IMG/VR virus record: IMGVR_UViG_3300021256_000099
Coordinates: 4,236 to 68,235 of that record
Length of the DNA: 64,000 bases
Strand: one strand, 5' to 3'
Origin: a virus
Taxonomy: Duplodnaviria; Caudoviricetes
Part shown: positions 45,014 through 54,485 of the stretch, one piece after another
Layout of the letters: every line of letters begins with the position of its first letter
How positions within the stretch are numbered: position 1 is the stretch's first letter
Notes under the pieces: generated by a model
The model's input: only the letters and a program-made list of their open reading frames with translations
Told to the model about the DNA's origin: nothing
Database searches by the model: none
Position numbers and translations under genes: made by a program

Positions 45014-45560
45014 CACAAAGGTATCATTCTTCGATGAGGCTGTTATCGGGTCAAAATATCCGATGTCCACATCTGTTGACTCCCTTACCCCAGAAGTTAC
45101 GGATACGACAAGAAAACTCGCCTCTGCCCCGTCTGGTTCTGGACATGACAACTTTCTCAAAGGTATCGTGGTCGCTTTTGACATGACCTTCTCACAAAAG
45201 GCATGGCCAGAGGCTCAGAGATATCACTTCCTTGAGTTTGTTTCGTCCACATCTACCATGCACCGTCTGGAGAGGATGGACATTGAGTCCTGCTGTAACA
45301 AGTATGTTACCGCAAGTGCAAAAGCCAACCTTGAAAGATGCCGTGATGAGTATCTAAGGACAAAATCCAAGGAAGACTTCCTGACGATGATTTATAACAT
45401 ACCGTCAGGCTTTGAACTCCGGGCAAAGATGGTCACAAATTATCAGCAGCTCAAAACGATCTATCACCAAAGGCGGAATCACAGACTCCCTGACTGGCAA
45501 GTCTTTTGTGATTGGATCGAAGGGTTACCTCACTCTGACCTCATAACTGGCATTAGGTAA
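44997..45560 (+). CDS. Divergent ThyX-like (flavin-dependent thymidylate synthase-like) protein
   Basis: SGHDNFL, QRYHF..FVSSTSTMHR, TNYQQLKTIYHQRRNHRLPDW. Confidence 0.5.
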   Translation: MAKITNTKVSFFDEAVIGSKYPMSTSVDSLTPEVTDTTRKLASAPSGSGHDNFLKGIVVAFDMTFSQKAWPEAQRYHFLEFVSSTSTMHRLERMDIESCCNKYVTASAKANLERCRDEYLRTKSKEDFLTMIYNIPSGFELRAKMVTNYQQLKTIYHQRRNHRLPDWQVFCDWIEGLPHSDLITGIR

Positions 45561-45891
45561 CGTCAGTCATATTTGTTTTTCCTCGCCTTGGGATGGTTCC
45601 AAAGCTGTCTCAAGGAATCGAACATCTATTTACAGTTTCGATGTTCATCTGCTGTGTCATGAGTGTTTCATGTACATACATACATCCTTTCGCCCTATTA
45701 GCGTTGCTGTTAAGAGGTGTCAAAGCCTCGATAGGGTTTAGTCGCTAAGAGCCAATGTTGCGAGTGTTACCATGCCGGGAGCACGAAATGTGCAGTCAAC
45801 TCAAGACCACTGTTCACTTCTCGCCTTTGTCGAAAGGTCTTGAGCGCATCCAGAAGGGTAGAACTCCCCCCGAACGGCTGCCCTTCTATCT

Positions 45892-45964
45892 GGCGGGAGA
45901 GTGAAACGGATTACACATCGGGTTCATGCCCCGAAAACATCGGGTTCGACTCCCGTTCCCGCAA
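45892..45964 (+). tRNA. tRNA-Met(CAU), initiator-like
   Basis: Cloverleaf; anticodon stem TCGGG/CCCGA with three G-C pairs, 1:72 mismatch, TTCGACT T loop. Confidence 0.75.
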
Positions 45965-46151
45965 TTCTGCGTAAGCAGTCAGCCTTCATATCACCTCTAT
46001 ATTATTTGATCCCCGGTTCAGCCTAAAAAACTGTTCCGGGGTTTTTGAAACAAGATTGTCGTTTCAAGGCTTGAAGCATGCTGACGGACTTCTTTTGACA
46101 ATCACTTCCGACTTCGGTTGGACGGTTAGCATCACCGTTAAGTATGCTTTA

Positions 46152-46254
46152 TCCTTGGTGGTTTAATTGGAAAAACGTTAATGTGTCATACCTACGAATG
46201 ACACTGACAGCACCCTACACGGAAGAGTTACAGGTTCGAGTCCTGTCCAAGGAT
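46152..46254 (+). ncRNA. tRNA-like RNA with the anticodon arm replaced by a long hairpin and insert
   Basis: Acceptor TCCTTGG/CCAAGGA, D arm GTTT..AAAC, T arm ACAGG-TTCGAGT-CCTGT; no 7-nt anticodon loop. Confidence 0.65.
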
Positions 46255-46257
46255 CTG

Positions 46258-46413
46258 GGACACCCACAGCAACACATACACAAAACATAGAACAAGTTAG
46301 AACCTTAAAAAGCCGAACGTCCTTTCCAGACTCAGCTATTTGGTGTCCTGTTTTCGTTTATGTGACTCTAACAGCAAATACTTGGTAGACAGCTTATTAC
46401 TAAACGAGTCATG
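46258..46413 (+). ncRNA. Two tandem stem-ACAGCAA-loop-stem-TG elements
   Basis: GGACAC-CCACAGCAA...GTGTCC-TG (46258-46350) and GACTC-TAACAGCAA...GAGTC-ATG (46364-46413). Confidence 0.55.
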
Positions 46414-46428
46414 AGAAAGAAGGTGTTA

Positions 46429-47895
46429 ATGAACTTTGCGACAGCACTGGACGAAGCGTCCAAGGTTACTCGCACGGAAAACGGTGCGTTAGCCTACAAC
46501 ACAACTGATGATGCTTTATTAGACCTCTACTCCACAATAGGAGCATTGAGGAGCGCAGATGATGCGAGAATCGAGCGTCTGTTTGACTGCGCTTACAAAG
46601 CTGATCCGCTTTTTGCCACAAAGATTGTTTTCTACGGAAGAGACATCCGTGGTGGCCTTGGAGAGAGAAAGACCTTTAGAGTTCTCCTTAAGTACATGGC
46701 GGACAACCATCCTTCGGCAATCAAGCCAAACATGCACCTCGTCCCGGAATACGGCAGATGGGATGATATGTACTCCTTTATCGGGACTCCGCTTGAGGAC
46801 GATATGTGGAGACTGATGAACGAGCAGCTTGAGAAGGACTGTTTTGCTCTTGCTGATGGAAAGAACGTTTCCCTTCTGGCAAAGTGGATAAAGACCCCGG
46901 ATGCCTCTTCAAAAGAGACCAGAAGGCTCGGCATCCTTACTGCCAAAAAACTCGGTTACACTGTGTATCACTTCAAACGGATCATCCGTGCGCTTAGAAG
47001 GCAAATCAATGTAACAGAGTCGCTGATGTCGGCCAAGAAGTGGAATGAGATAAAGTACGAGGAAGTACCGTCAAGGGCATCCACACTCTACAGAAATGCT
47101 TTTTCGAGGCATGACGGAGACAGATACCGGGAATTTGCCACTAAAGCGGTAAATGGCGAGGCGAAAATCAATTCGTCAACCCTTTACCCCTATGACATCA
47201 TTCAGCGGTACACTTCTTATGGTTGGGGTCTGCAGGTAAAACCATTGGACTACATACTTGAGGCACAGTGGGAGCAACTTCCTGACTATGTCGAAAAAGG
47301 CTCTAATGCCATTGTGATCGCTGATACATCAGGGTCTATGCACGGAAGACCAATCAACTCAGCAATAGGTCTTGCTATCTACTTTGCTGAGAGAAATACC
47401 GGGGCATACCACAACCTCTGGATGTCTTTCTCCAGAACGTCTACAATCCACAAACTAAAAGGGGATACCCTTCGGCAGAAAATCAACTCTATTGACTTTT
47501 CTGACTGGGAGAACGATACGAACATTGAAGCTGCCTTTGATGGAATCCTCGATATTGCCATCAAGAATAACGTTCCTGCTGACGAGATGCCCAAAGCACT
47601 GGTCATCATATCTGACATGGAATTCAACCAGTGTACATACGGTTTCATGTACGACAGCATGGCAAAGAAGTTTGCAGCACATGGATACGAACTGCCAAAT
47701 GTTGTCTTCTGGAATGTTGACTCCCGGAATGATACCTACCATGTCCGTTCTGGGCAGAAGGGTGTACAGTTAGTCTCTGGATCATCAACTTCAGCCTTTA
47801 AGAACCTTATGGACTGCGTAGACATGACCCCAGTAGAAGCAATGGTGAAAACCATTAACTGCGACAGGTATCTGCCGATAACCATTGAGGAATAG
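46429..47895 (+). CDS. DUF2828-family protein (TROVE/Ro60-like plus vWA domain)
   Basis: RTENGA, LLDLY, FYGRDIRGGLGER, VPEYGRWDD, LLAKW, YEEVPSRA; vWA MIDAS-like DTSGSM, ISDMEF, FWNV, VSG. Confidence 0.85.
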   Translation: MNFATALDEASKVTRTENGALAYNTTDDALLDLYSTIGALRSADDARIERLFDCAYKADPLFATKIVFYGRDIRGGLGERKTFRVLLKYMADNHPSAIKPNMHLVPEYGRWDDMYSFIGTPLEDDMWRLMNEQLEKDCFALADGKNVSLLAKWIKTPDASSKETRRLGILTAKKLGYTVYHFKRIIRALRRQINVTESLMSAKKWNEIKYEEVPSRASTLYRNAFSRHDGDRYREFATKAVNGEAKINSSTLYPYDIIQRYTSYGWGLQVKPLDYILEAQWEQLPDYVEKGSNAIVIADTSGSMHGRPINSAIGLAIYFAERNTGAYHNLWMSFSRTSTIHKLKGDTLRQKINSIDFSDWENDTNIEAAFDGILDIAIKNNVPADEMPKALVIISDMEFNQCTYGFMYDSMAKKFAAHGYELPNVVFWNVDSRNDTYHVRSGQKGVQLVSGSSTSAFKNLMDCVDMTPVEAMVKTINCDRYLPITIEE

Positions 47896-47992
47896 GGACA
47901 ACCCTTTTTCTATATATTTCATATTTGTTATTCTCCTTTCAGCGAACGGCATCTGGTGAGAACCGGGTGCTGTTTTGCTTTTAGATAGATTT

Positions 47993-48064
47993 TGCCCCTT
48001 CGCCAAGCGGTAAGGCACAGGACTTTGACTCCTGTATGCACTGGTTCGAATCCAGTAGGGGCAG
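47993..48064 (+). tRNA. tRNA-Gln(UUG)
   Basis: TGCCCCT/AGGGGCA acceptor, CAGGA-CTTTGAC-TCCTG anticodon arm, GTTCGAATC T loop. Confidence 0.9.
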
Positions 48065-48081
48065 TTAGGAAGGTGTTATAG

Positions 48082-48312
48082 ATGTTATTTCCGTATCTGG
48101 TCACTGTAACTGTCATCTTTATCATTGTGGTCGTAATGCCAACAGTCTTCAAGTACGAAGGCTTGTTTGTTGCTATAGACAATCACGAGGATGTTTTGTT
48201 TGCATTTGCGGTGATGGTACACCTTAAATACGCTTTTACAATAGCGTTAACCATAAATCAAAAGATGTATATGATAGGGTATTCCCTGTTAACAGACTCG
48301 GAAGAGGAGTAA
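48082..48312 (+). CDS. Small membrane protein
   Basis: Two hydrophobic segments; GGAAGG RBS. Confidence 0.5.
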   Translation: MLFPYLVTVTVIFIIVVVMPTVFKYEGLFVAIDNHEDVLFAFAVMVHLKYAFTIALTINQKMYMIGYSLLTDSEEE

Positions 48313-48314
48313 AT

Positions 48315-48587
48315 GTGGCACGGAAAAAGAAACAAATAAGCTATATGGCTTTTGTACAAGGATGGGAAGAGTGGTGCAATTGTGAGATCAGTCTCCCTGA
48401 GTATGCACGGAAATGCCGGGTATCACCACCAACGCTCAAGAAATATATGAACATGGTTCTTAACATGCAACCGTTCCCGGAAGGAGTCATGATCGATGAT
48501 TGGGATGAGGATGAGTTCAAGAACTGGCAAACGACAAGAGTGCCAAGGAAACCAAGAAGAAAAAGAGTAATAGAGGATAAGGAGTAG
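48315..48587 (+). CDS. HTH-like hypothetical protein
   Basis: ISLPEYARKCRVSPPTLKKY. Confidence 0.55.
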   Translation: MARKKKQISYMAFVQGWEEWCNCEISLPEYARKCRVSPPTLKKYMNMVLNMQPFPEGVMIDDWDEDEFKNWQTTRVPRKPRRKRVIEDKE

Positions 48588-48607
48588 GCATCTGTCTTAG
48601 CTGACAG

Positions 48608-51346
48608 GTGCTTTTTATTTGCATGCCAAGACCTAAACCATTCCCGAATGATGAGCCAGAGTATATGAAGATTGCTGATGCCATCGATGCCAAGATATGT
48701 GCGGAAGGTGTCTCTCTGGAACTTGTAAAGGATCTGTTTGACTGCTGTATCCATGAGTCCCAGAACAGGCGAGGATTTGACCATGATTTCTGGTTTGATA
48801 AAACAGCAAGAGTAAAAAAGTACTGCGTCCAAATGATGGGGGATGCAGCTCTGGCAGAAGAAGCGGAGAACATCTTTGAGTCAACACTGTTACTTGAAGC
48901 ACCGTATCTTTTCGAAAGTTATCTCCTGTACCTTGAAAAAGACAGAGAAGACTCGGAGAAGTTTTACGAGCCTAAAATCAAGCAGTTCAAGAAGTTCGGC
49001 ATCATACAGGCATTGCAGGATCTCGAGGATGATAAACTTGATTTCCTGACAATTTCAATGCCACCCGGAACTCAGAAATGTCAACCACTGTATTCCAAGG
49101 TACTTACACCTGACGGGTTCGTGCGGATGGGAGACATCAAGATAGGCTCAAAAGTAATATCTGGCACTGGAAAAGTAGCCACGGTAATTTCTCAGTCAGA
49201 GGTCAAAAAGCGTCCAATCTATGAAGTGACGTTTGATGACGGTTCTAAGGTGAGATGTTCCGACAACCATATCTGGCATGTCCAGACAAGGTACGACAGG
49301 GAAGTAGGCAAATACAGGGACGTAGAACTAAAAGACATGATAGGTCAACTGTATGTCGAAAACGGAAGGCGGAAGAATTACTCCATTGATTACGTTCCAA
49401 AGATTGATTTCCATAAAAAGGATTTTCTGCTTCATCCGTATGTCGTTGGCACTCTGATAGGTGACGGCGGACTGAGCCAAGGATATGCGATGCTGTCATC
49501 GAATGATTATGAGATGGTTCAATTCGTCTCAGAACTGTTGCCAGACGGATATTGCCTCAAGCATCACGATAGATGCACGTATAGTGTAAATGGAAAAACT
49601 GGAAAGGCAAGCGTTGTCCATCAAGAACTTGACAGATTAGGTCTTCTCTGGAAGAAGAGCGTGGATAAGTTCATTCCAAAGGAATACCTGTACGCAAGTT
49701 ACGAACAACGGTTGTGGCTGCTGAGAGGACTGCTCGACACTGATGGATCTGCCAGTAAGGGATATGCTTCGTTTTCTACGGTTTCAGAGCGGTTGGCGAA
49801 AGATGTAGCAGAACTTGTCCATTCTCTTGGCGGATATGCGTCCTGTAAGAAGAGCAAGGCAGGATACAGGGACAAGAATGGCAATTACAAGAAATGTCAT
49901 GATGTTTACAACCTGATCATCCAATTCGATAGCCAAATGGATGATATCTTCTGGCTTGAGCGGAAGAAAAAGGTGTATAAGCCAAAGAGAAAGTCCATAA
50001 AAAGGTTTATTTCTAAGGTCGAATATATCGGGGAAGAAGACTGCAAGTGTATCCTGATAGATGACCCTTCTCATCTTTATATCACTGATGACTACATCAT
50101 CACGCACAATACGACCTGTGAAAAATTCTTTGCTTCATGGATCATTGGAAGGCATCCAAAAGACTATAGCCTGTTCTTTTCCCACTCATCTGACATCACA
50201 GACATGTTCTACCGGGGTGTTCTTGATATAACAACTTCGCCAGAATATAATTGGCGGGAGATATTCCCGGATGTGAGGTTCCTTGGTTCAAATGCCAAGA
50301 AACAGACAATCATGTTCAACAATTATAAGCCTTTCGCTAACCTTCAATGCACATCAAGAGGTTCGAGCAATGCGGGTGTTGTACGATGCAACCGTTACCT
50401 GTATGTCGATGACTTGATTGCAGGAATACAAGAGGCACTTAACAAGTCGTTTCTGGATAAGCTGTGGAACATCTACTCTGTCGATGCGAGGCAAAGGAAA
50501 CTTAATGAACAGGTAAAAGAAATCCACATTGCCACAAGATGGAGTACCGTGGATGTGATCGGTCGGCTGCAGAACCTCTATGGTGACAGTGACAGGGCAA
50601 GGTTTATCTCTATCCCAGACATCGACCCTGTCACTGGAGAGTCGAACTTCGACTACAAGTACAACGGAATGTCCACAGAGTTCTTCAACAGTCAGGCAAT
50701 GGCAATGGATGAGATATCCTACAAGTGCCTGTATAAGAACGAACCCATCGAGCGTGAAGGTCTGCTCTACCACGAGGATGAACTAAGACGATTTGCTGAT
50801 ATTCCGGGGACAGAGCCAGACGCTATCATTGCGGTATGCGATACCAAGTCTACAGGTATAGACTACATGTTTATGCCCGTCTTTTACCAATACGGCACTG
50901 ACTTTTATCTGGTCGATTGTATCTGTGACAACAGCACAGACTTCAACCGTCAGTACTCAAGACTTACCGACATGATTCTTAAACACAATATCCAACAATG
51001 CGAATTCGAGTCAAACGCCGGGGGTGATAGAATCGCCTTTGAGGTAAATACGAGAGTACAGGCTGTAGGTGGAAGATGCAATATAACATCTAAAGCTACA
51101 GAGACTAATAAAGAAACGAGGATCATTGTTAACTCGGACTGGGTTAAGCAACACTGCCTCTTTAAGATAAAGGAATTGTACACAAGAAGGGATGACTACG
51201 GTGCTATGATGTCCTTCCTTCTCAGCTATTCTATTGCAGGAAAAAATCTAAATGACGATGTCCCTGATGGCCTTGCAAACTTCTCTCTGTATATCGCAAG
51301 AAAAGAGAGAATAAAACCGACACAAATATTTAGGTCTCCCATTTAA
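48608..51346 (+). CDS. terL: Terminase large subunit containing an intein
   Basis: ISMPPGTQK|T Walker A split by the intein; LYVDDLI Walker B, IATRWS, AVCDTK, CEFESN, NDDVPD nuclease motifs. Confidence 0.9.
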   Translation: MLFICMPRPKPFPNDEPEYMKIADAIDAKICAEGVSLELVKDLFDCCIHESQNRRGFDHDFWFDKTARVKKYCVQMMGDAALAEEAENIFESTLLLEAPYLFESYLLYLEKDREDSEKFYEPKIKQFKKFGIIQALQDLEDDKLDFLTISMPPGTQKCQPLYSKVLTPDGFVRMGDIKIGSKVISGTGKVATVISQSEVKKRPIYEVTFDDGSKVRCSDNHIWHVQTRYDREVGKYRDVELKDMIGQLYVENGRRKNYSIDYVPKIDFHKKDFLLHPYVVGTLIGDGGLSQGYAMLSSNDYEMVQFVSELLPDGYCLKHHDRCTYSVNGKTGKASVVHQELDRLGLLWKKSVDKFIPKEYLYASYEQRLWLLRGLLDTDGSASKGYASFSTVSERLAKDVAELVHSLGGYASCKKSKAGYRDKNGNYKKCHDVYNLIIQFDSQMDDIFWLERKKKVYKPKRKSIKRFISKVEYIGEEDCKCILIDDPSHLYITDDYIITHNTTCEKFFASWIIGRHPKDYSLFFSHSSDITDMFYRGVLDITTSPEYNWREIFPDVRFLGSNAKKQTIMFNNYKPFANLQCTSRGSSNAGVVRCNRYLYVDDLIAGIQEALNKSFLDKLWNIYSVDARQRKLNEQVKEIHIATRWSTVDVIGRLQNLYGDSDRARFISIPDIDPVTGESNFDYKYNGMSTEFFNSQAMAMDEISYKCLYKNEPIEREGLLYHEDELRRFADIPGTEPDAIIAVCDTKSTGIDYMFMPVFYQYGTDFYLVDCICDNSTDFNRQYSRLTDMILKHNIQQCEFESNAGGDRIAFEVNTRVQAVGGRCNITSKATETNKETRIIVNSDWVKQHCLFKIKELYTRRDDYGAMMSFLLSYSIAGKNLNDDVPDGLANFSLYIARKERIKPTQIFRSPI
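49079..50110 (+). mobile_element. Intein (344 aa) with LAGLIDADG homing endonuclease
   Basis: Starts CQPLYSKVLTPDG, ends DDYIITHN before Thr; GTLIGDG and LLRGLLDTDG motifs. Confidence 0.92.
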
Positions 51347-51348
51347 GC

Positions 51349-51777
51349 ATGACAACAAAAGAATATTTACGACAGATACGCATCATTGACAGAAGAATCG
51401 ACAGGAAGACTGATGAGGTAAACAGGCTCAAAGAGGTCGCTGTAAATATTGGTATGGATATGACCAAGGAGAGAGTGCAGACTTCCGGGACAAAAGACCG
51501 GGTAGGCAACTCAGCAACCGCAATTGTTGATGCCGAAAAAGAAGCACTGCGCTATATAGGCGAGTATTTAGACCTCAGAACAAAGATTATCAGCCAGATC
51601 AACTCTTTGGAAAAGCCGTCTCATAGCGACATCCTGTACTTGAGATATGTAAAAGGCTTGCATTACAAAGAGATTGCAGAAGATTTATCGTATTCTGAAA
51701 TGCATGTGTATAGGACGCATTCAGACGCATTGGCTGCTTTTGAAGCACAATTTGGGTCTACATATCTCGAAAGTTAA
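51349..51777 (+). CDS. RinA/ArpU-like late transcriptional regulator
   Basis: MTTKEYLRQIR..DRRI; ILYLRYVKGLHYKEIAEDLSYS HTH. Confidence 0.8.
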   Translation: MTTKEYLRQIRIIDRRIDRKTDEVNRLKEVAVNIGMDMTKERVQTSGTKDRVGNSATAIVDAEKEALRYIGEYLDLRTKIISQINSLEKPSHSDILYLRYVKGLHYKEIAEDLSYSEMHVYRTHSDALAAFEAQFGSTYLES

Positions 51778-51877
51778 TAGTTAAAGCAAGTTTACTTATA
51801 GTAAACATACAGTTTATTGGTTATTGACAAATAGTAAAATAAGTGATACATGTTATACTGTAAAAATCTAAGCTGAG

Positions 51878-51905
51878 TCAGATTTCTGGCTCGGCTTTTT
51901 CTTAT
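51878..51905 (+). terminator. Hairpin terminator/attenuator upstream of the late operon
   Basis: AGCTGAGTCAG/CTGGCTCGGCT then TTTTT. Confidence 0.55.
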
Positions 51906-51908
51906 GCA

Positions 51909-52103
51909 ATGAAAAAGAAACGAACAATCAACTGCCCAAAATGTAAAGAGCGAATCGGCTTTTACGATGGAAAAGGCAGCATGGACATCTTATGTGCCTG
52001 TAAAAAGTGCCGAATAGCGGTGCTTTATGAAGTTGAAAGCAGGAGTACATTTATCCGCAAATACCCAGAGCGGAACACAATTAGCGGAATGAGGTTTTAC
52101 TAA
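51909..52103 (+). CDS. Small Zn-ribbon protein upstream of portal
   Basis: CPKC...CKKC; coupled to portal. Confidence 0.65.
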   Translation: MKKKRTINCPKCKERIGFYDGKGSMDILCACKKCRIAVLYEVESRSTFIRKYPERNTISGMRFY

Positions 52104-53683
52104 TGCACTACGGACGCTATGACATTTATACGGATGTCCCGCAGATCACATCAGACAATATCATAAAGGTCTTAAGAGAGTCGTATGCCGTCCATGTCAA
52201 GAACGCCCAGAGTTGCAACTTCCTTCTCAAGTACGATGCGGGAGAGCAACCGTTCTACCGCAAAAAGACAATCCGCCCGGACATCGACCATCATACCGTT
52301 GATAACGTAGCAAACGAAATCACAGAGTTCAAACTCGGCTTCAACTGGGGATATCCTATTACCCTTATAAGAAGAGGCGAGAAGGATTCTGGGACAGAGG
52401 ATGAGGTTGAGGCTATCGCCCAACTTAACGAGCAATACGAGATTGACGGCAATAAAGACAAGACCCAGAGGCTTGGAAGGTTCGTTGAAATCTGCGGTAG
52501 AGGTTATACATTTGTTGACATCAATAAAAACTGGAGTGAAGGAGAACCTTACTTCACGGTACAGGCGTTAGACCCCAGATTCGCCTTCATAGTAAGGTCT
52601 TCCAGATATGTTGACAGAAGACCTGTACTTGGAGTTACTTTCCGCATTGATACGAAGGGGAACATTTACTTTACCTGTTATACGGACAAGCAACGGTTTG
52701 AGGTAAAGAACCTTTCCGCATTGTTAGCAGATGGCCCTTCCGCTGATGAGTATGGTTGGTCACAGGAAGAGAATTCTGGATCACTTAACTACCTCGGCAT
52801 GATACCTATCATTGAGTGGAATCGCTCACATGATGGGCAAGGATGTTTCGAGCGTCAGATCCCGGAATGTAACAACCTTAACATGTTGGTTTCCGACTTC
52901 TCTAACCAAGTTGACCAGAACACTCAGGCTGTTTGGTTCACGGTTGATGTTGCTTTCCCGGTAAACCCTGATACGGGAGAGACTGAAACACCACAGAACG
53001 GTGACTGGTTGGCGGCACAAACAACTGCGGATGGCAAAACACCTACAGCTACTCCTCTGGTAGTGCCATATGACTACTCAGGCATGCTTAACAATATCAT
53101 ATCAAGAAGGAGTCTTATCCTTCAGAAATGTAACGTGCCTCAGAGGACGGATGATATCAACGGAGCGACAGGCATTGCTGTTTCCGATTCTTCCGGGTGG
53201 TCTGCAGCTGAGACTGCGGCCTGTAAACAACAGGCTATCATGGAGACTGCCAAGATGCAGGAAGTCAAAGCTGTACTTAAGGCAATTAAAGCGTCCCCGG
53301 ATGTCCCGGCAGATAGTCCTCTGCTCAAACTTCGAGCAATAGACGTTATGCCGAATATCAAACGTCAGAGAACCTATGAACTCACGACCAAGTCTAATGC
53401 TTTCGCCACTTTGGTGGCACACGGTATTGATGGTCTGAGCGCAATCAAGACGGTCAACATGTTTGATGATCCAATGCAAGTATACAGCGATTCTAAGTCG
53501 CTGATTGACAAATACCAGAAGTCAATCTTTGAAAAACAAACCCAGATGGCGAGGAATACAACAGGGACGTACAACTGGCACAGTAATACCAATACCCAGA
53601 ACGATGACAACTTCTCTCCTAACAAGGACAGGATGTCAGGAGACAATTCAGACCAAGAGCAAAATTCGCCTAATATGAAATGA
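52103..53683 (+). CDS. Portal protein (SPP1 gp6-like)
   Basis: NVANEITEFKLGFNWGYPI, ICGRGY, GMIPIIEW.R; size and position. Confidence 0.85.
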   Translation: MHYGRYDIYTDVPQITSDNIIKVLRESYAVHVKNAQSCNFLLKYDAGEQPFYRKKTIRPDIDHHTVDNVANEITEFKLGFNWGYPITLIRRGEKDSGTEDEVEAIAQLNEQYEIDGNKDKTQRLGRFVEICGRGYTFVDINKNWSEGEPYFTVQALDPRFAFIVRSSRYVDRRPVLGVTFRIDTKGNIYFTCYTDKQRFEVKNLSALLADGPSADEYGWSQEENSGSLNYLGMIPIIEWNRSHDGQGCFERQIPECNNLNMLVSDFSNQVDQNTQAVWFTVDVAFPVNPDTGETETPQNGDWLAAQTTADGKTPTATPLVVPYDYSGMLNNIISRRSLILQKCNVPQRTDDINGATGIAVSDSSGWSAAETAACKQQAIMETAKMQEVKAVLKAIKASPDVPADSPLLKLRAIDVMPNIKRQRTYELTTKSNAFATLVAHGIDGLSAIKTVNMFDDPMQVYSDSKSLIDKYQKSIFEKQTQMARNTTGTYNWHSNTNTQNDDNFSPNKDRMSGDNSDQEQNSPNMK

Positions 53684-53691
53684 GGCTTTAG

Positions 53692-54357
53692 ATGAGACGG
53701 ATCTCTATACCTTACAAGAAGTGGTTCGGCGAAATGGGTCTGCCTGATGACCGTGAGCGCAGAAGGATAGAGGCTGCGAAAGATATCGAAGACATCATTA
53801 TGCTCTACTTTGAGATCCTAAAGCAGTATAGGAACATCGGTACTGATGGATTCGGTGTTGCAAGAGAAGTCCTTGTCGGGGAGTATATCCGTCTATTCGG
53901 GAATAGTGAAGCACTCAGGAATAGGGCATACGAGTTTGCTGATGCCTTAAATGACGTTACCAGAAGAAATCTCCAACAATATGATGATCTGAATAACCTT
54001 CAGACAGAACAGGATACCAGAGACACAGAGGAAGCTTTCGTAGTCTCGCACGGCATACCAAAATCGTACTGGACATCTCAGGACAGGGCAATGGCGATAG
54101 CGGAAAACGAGGCAAACACTGTCGTTGGCTGCGAGGAAATGGAAGAGGCTATTGAGGCGGGATACCAAAACAAAATCTGGGTAACAGTTGGAGATAACAG
54201 AGTCCGTGATACCCATAGAGAAGTGGACGGACTTGAAATACCAATCAATGAGGCGTTTGAGGTCGGTGACAGCTTGCTCATGTATCCAAGAGACACAAGT
54301 CTTGGGGCAAGTCCAGACGAAATCGACAACTGCCGTTGTTGGTTGGAATACAGTTAA
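53692..54357 (+). CDS. Minor head protein (Mu gpF/SPP1 gp7-like)
   Basis: RAMAIAENE, KIWVTVGDNRVRDTH..VDG..IPI..AF.VG, NCRC. Confidence 0.85.
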   Translation: MRRISIPYKKWFGEMGLPDDRERRRIEAAKDIEDIIMLYFEILKQYRNIGTDGFGVAREVLVGEYIRLFGNSEALRNRAYEFADALNDVTRRNLQQYDDLNNLQTEQDTRDTEEAFVVSHGIPKSYWTSQDRAMAIAENEANTVVGCEEMEEAIEAGYQNKIWVTVGDNRVRDTHREVDGLEIPINEAFEVGDSLLMYPRDTSLGASPDEIDNCRCWLEYS

Positions 54358-54389
54358 TAAAGACTCACAGAAGTCTTTTTAAAATATAT

Positions 54390-54475
54390 GTCAGAGAAGA
54401 CACTAATCGCACAAATTGTCAGGGAAGACACTAATCGCAACAATTAAGAGATGGTCAGAGAAGACCTTAATCGCA
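54390..54475 (+). repeat. Three 22-bp direct repeats GTCAGRGAAGACNYTAATCGCA before the scaffold RBS
   Basis: Copies at 54390, 54418 and 54454. Confidence 0.85.
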
Positions 54476-54485
54476 GGAGATTTAA

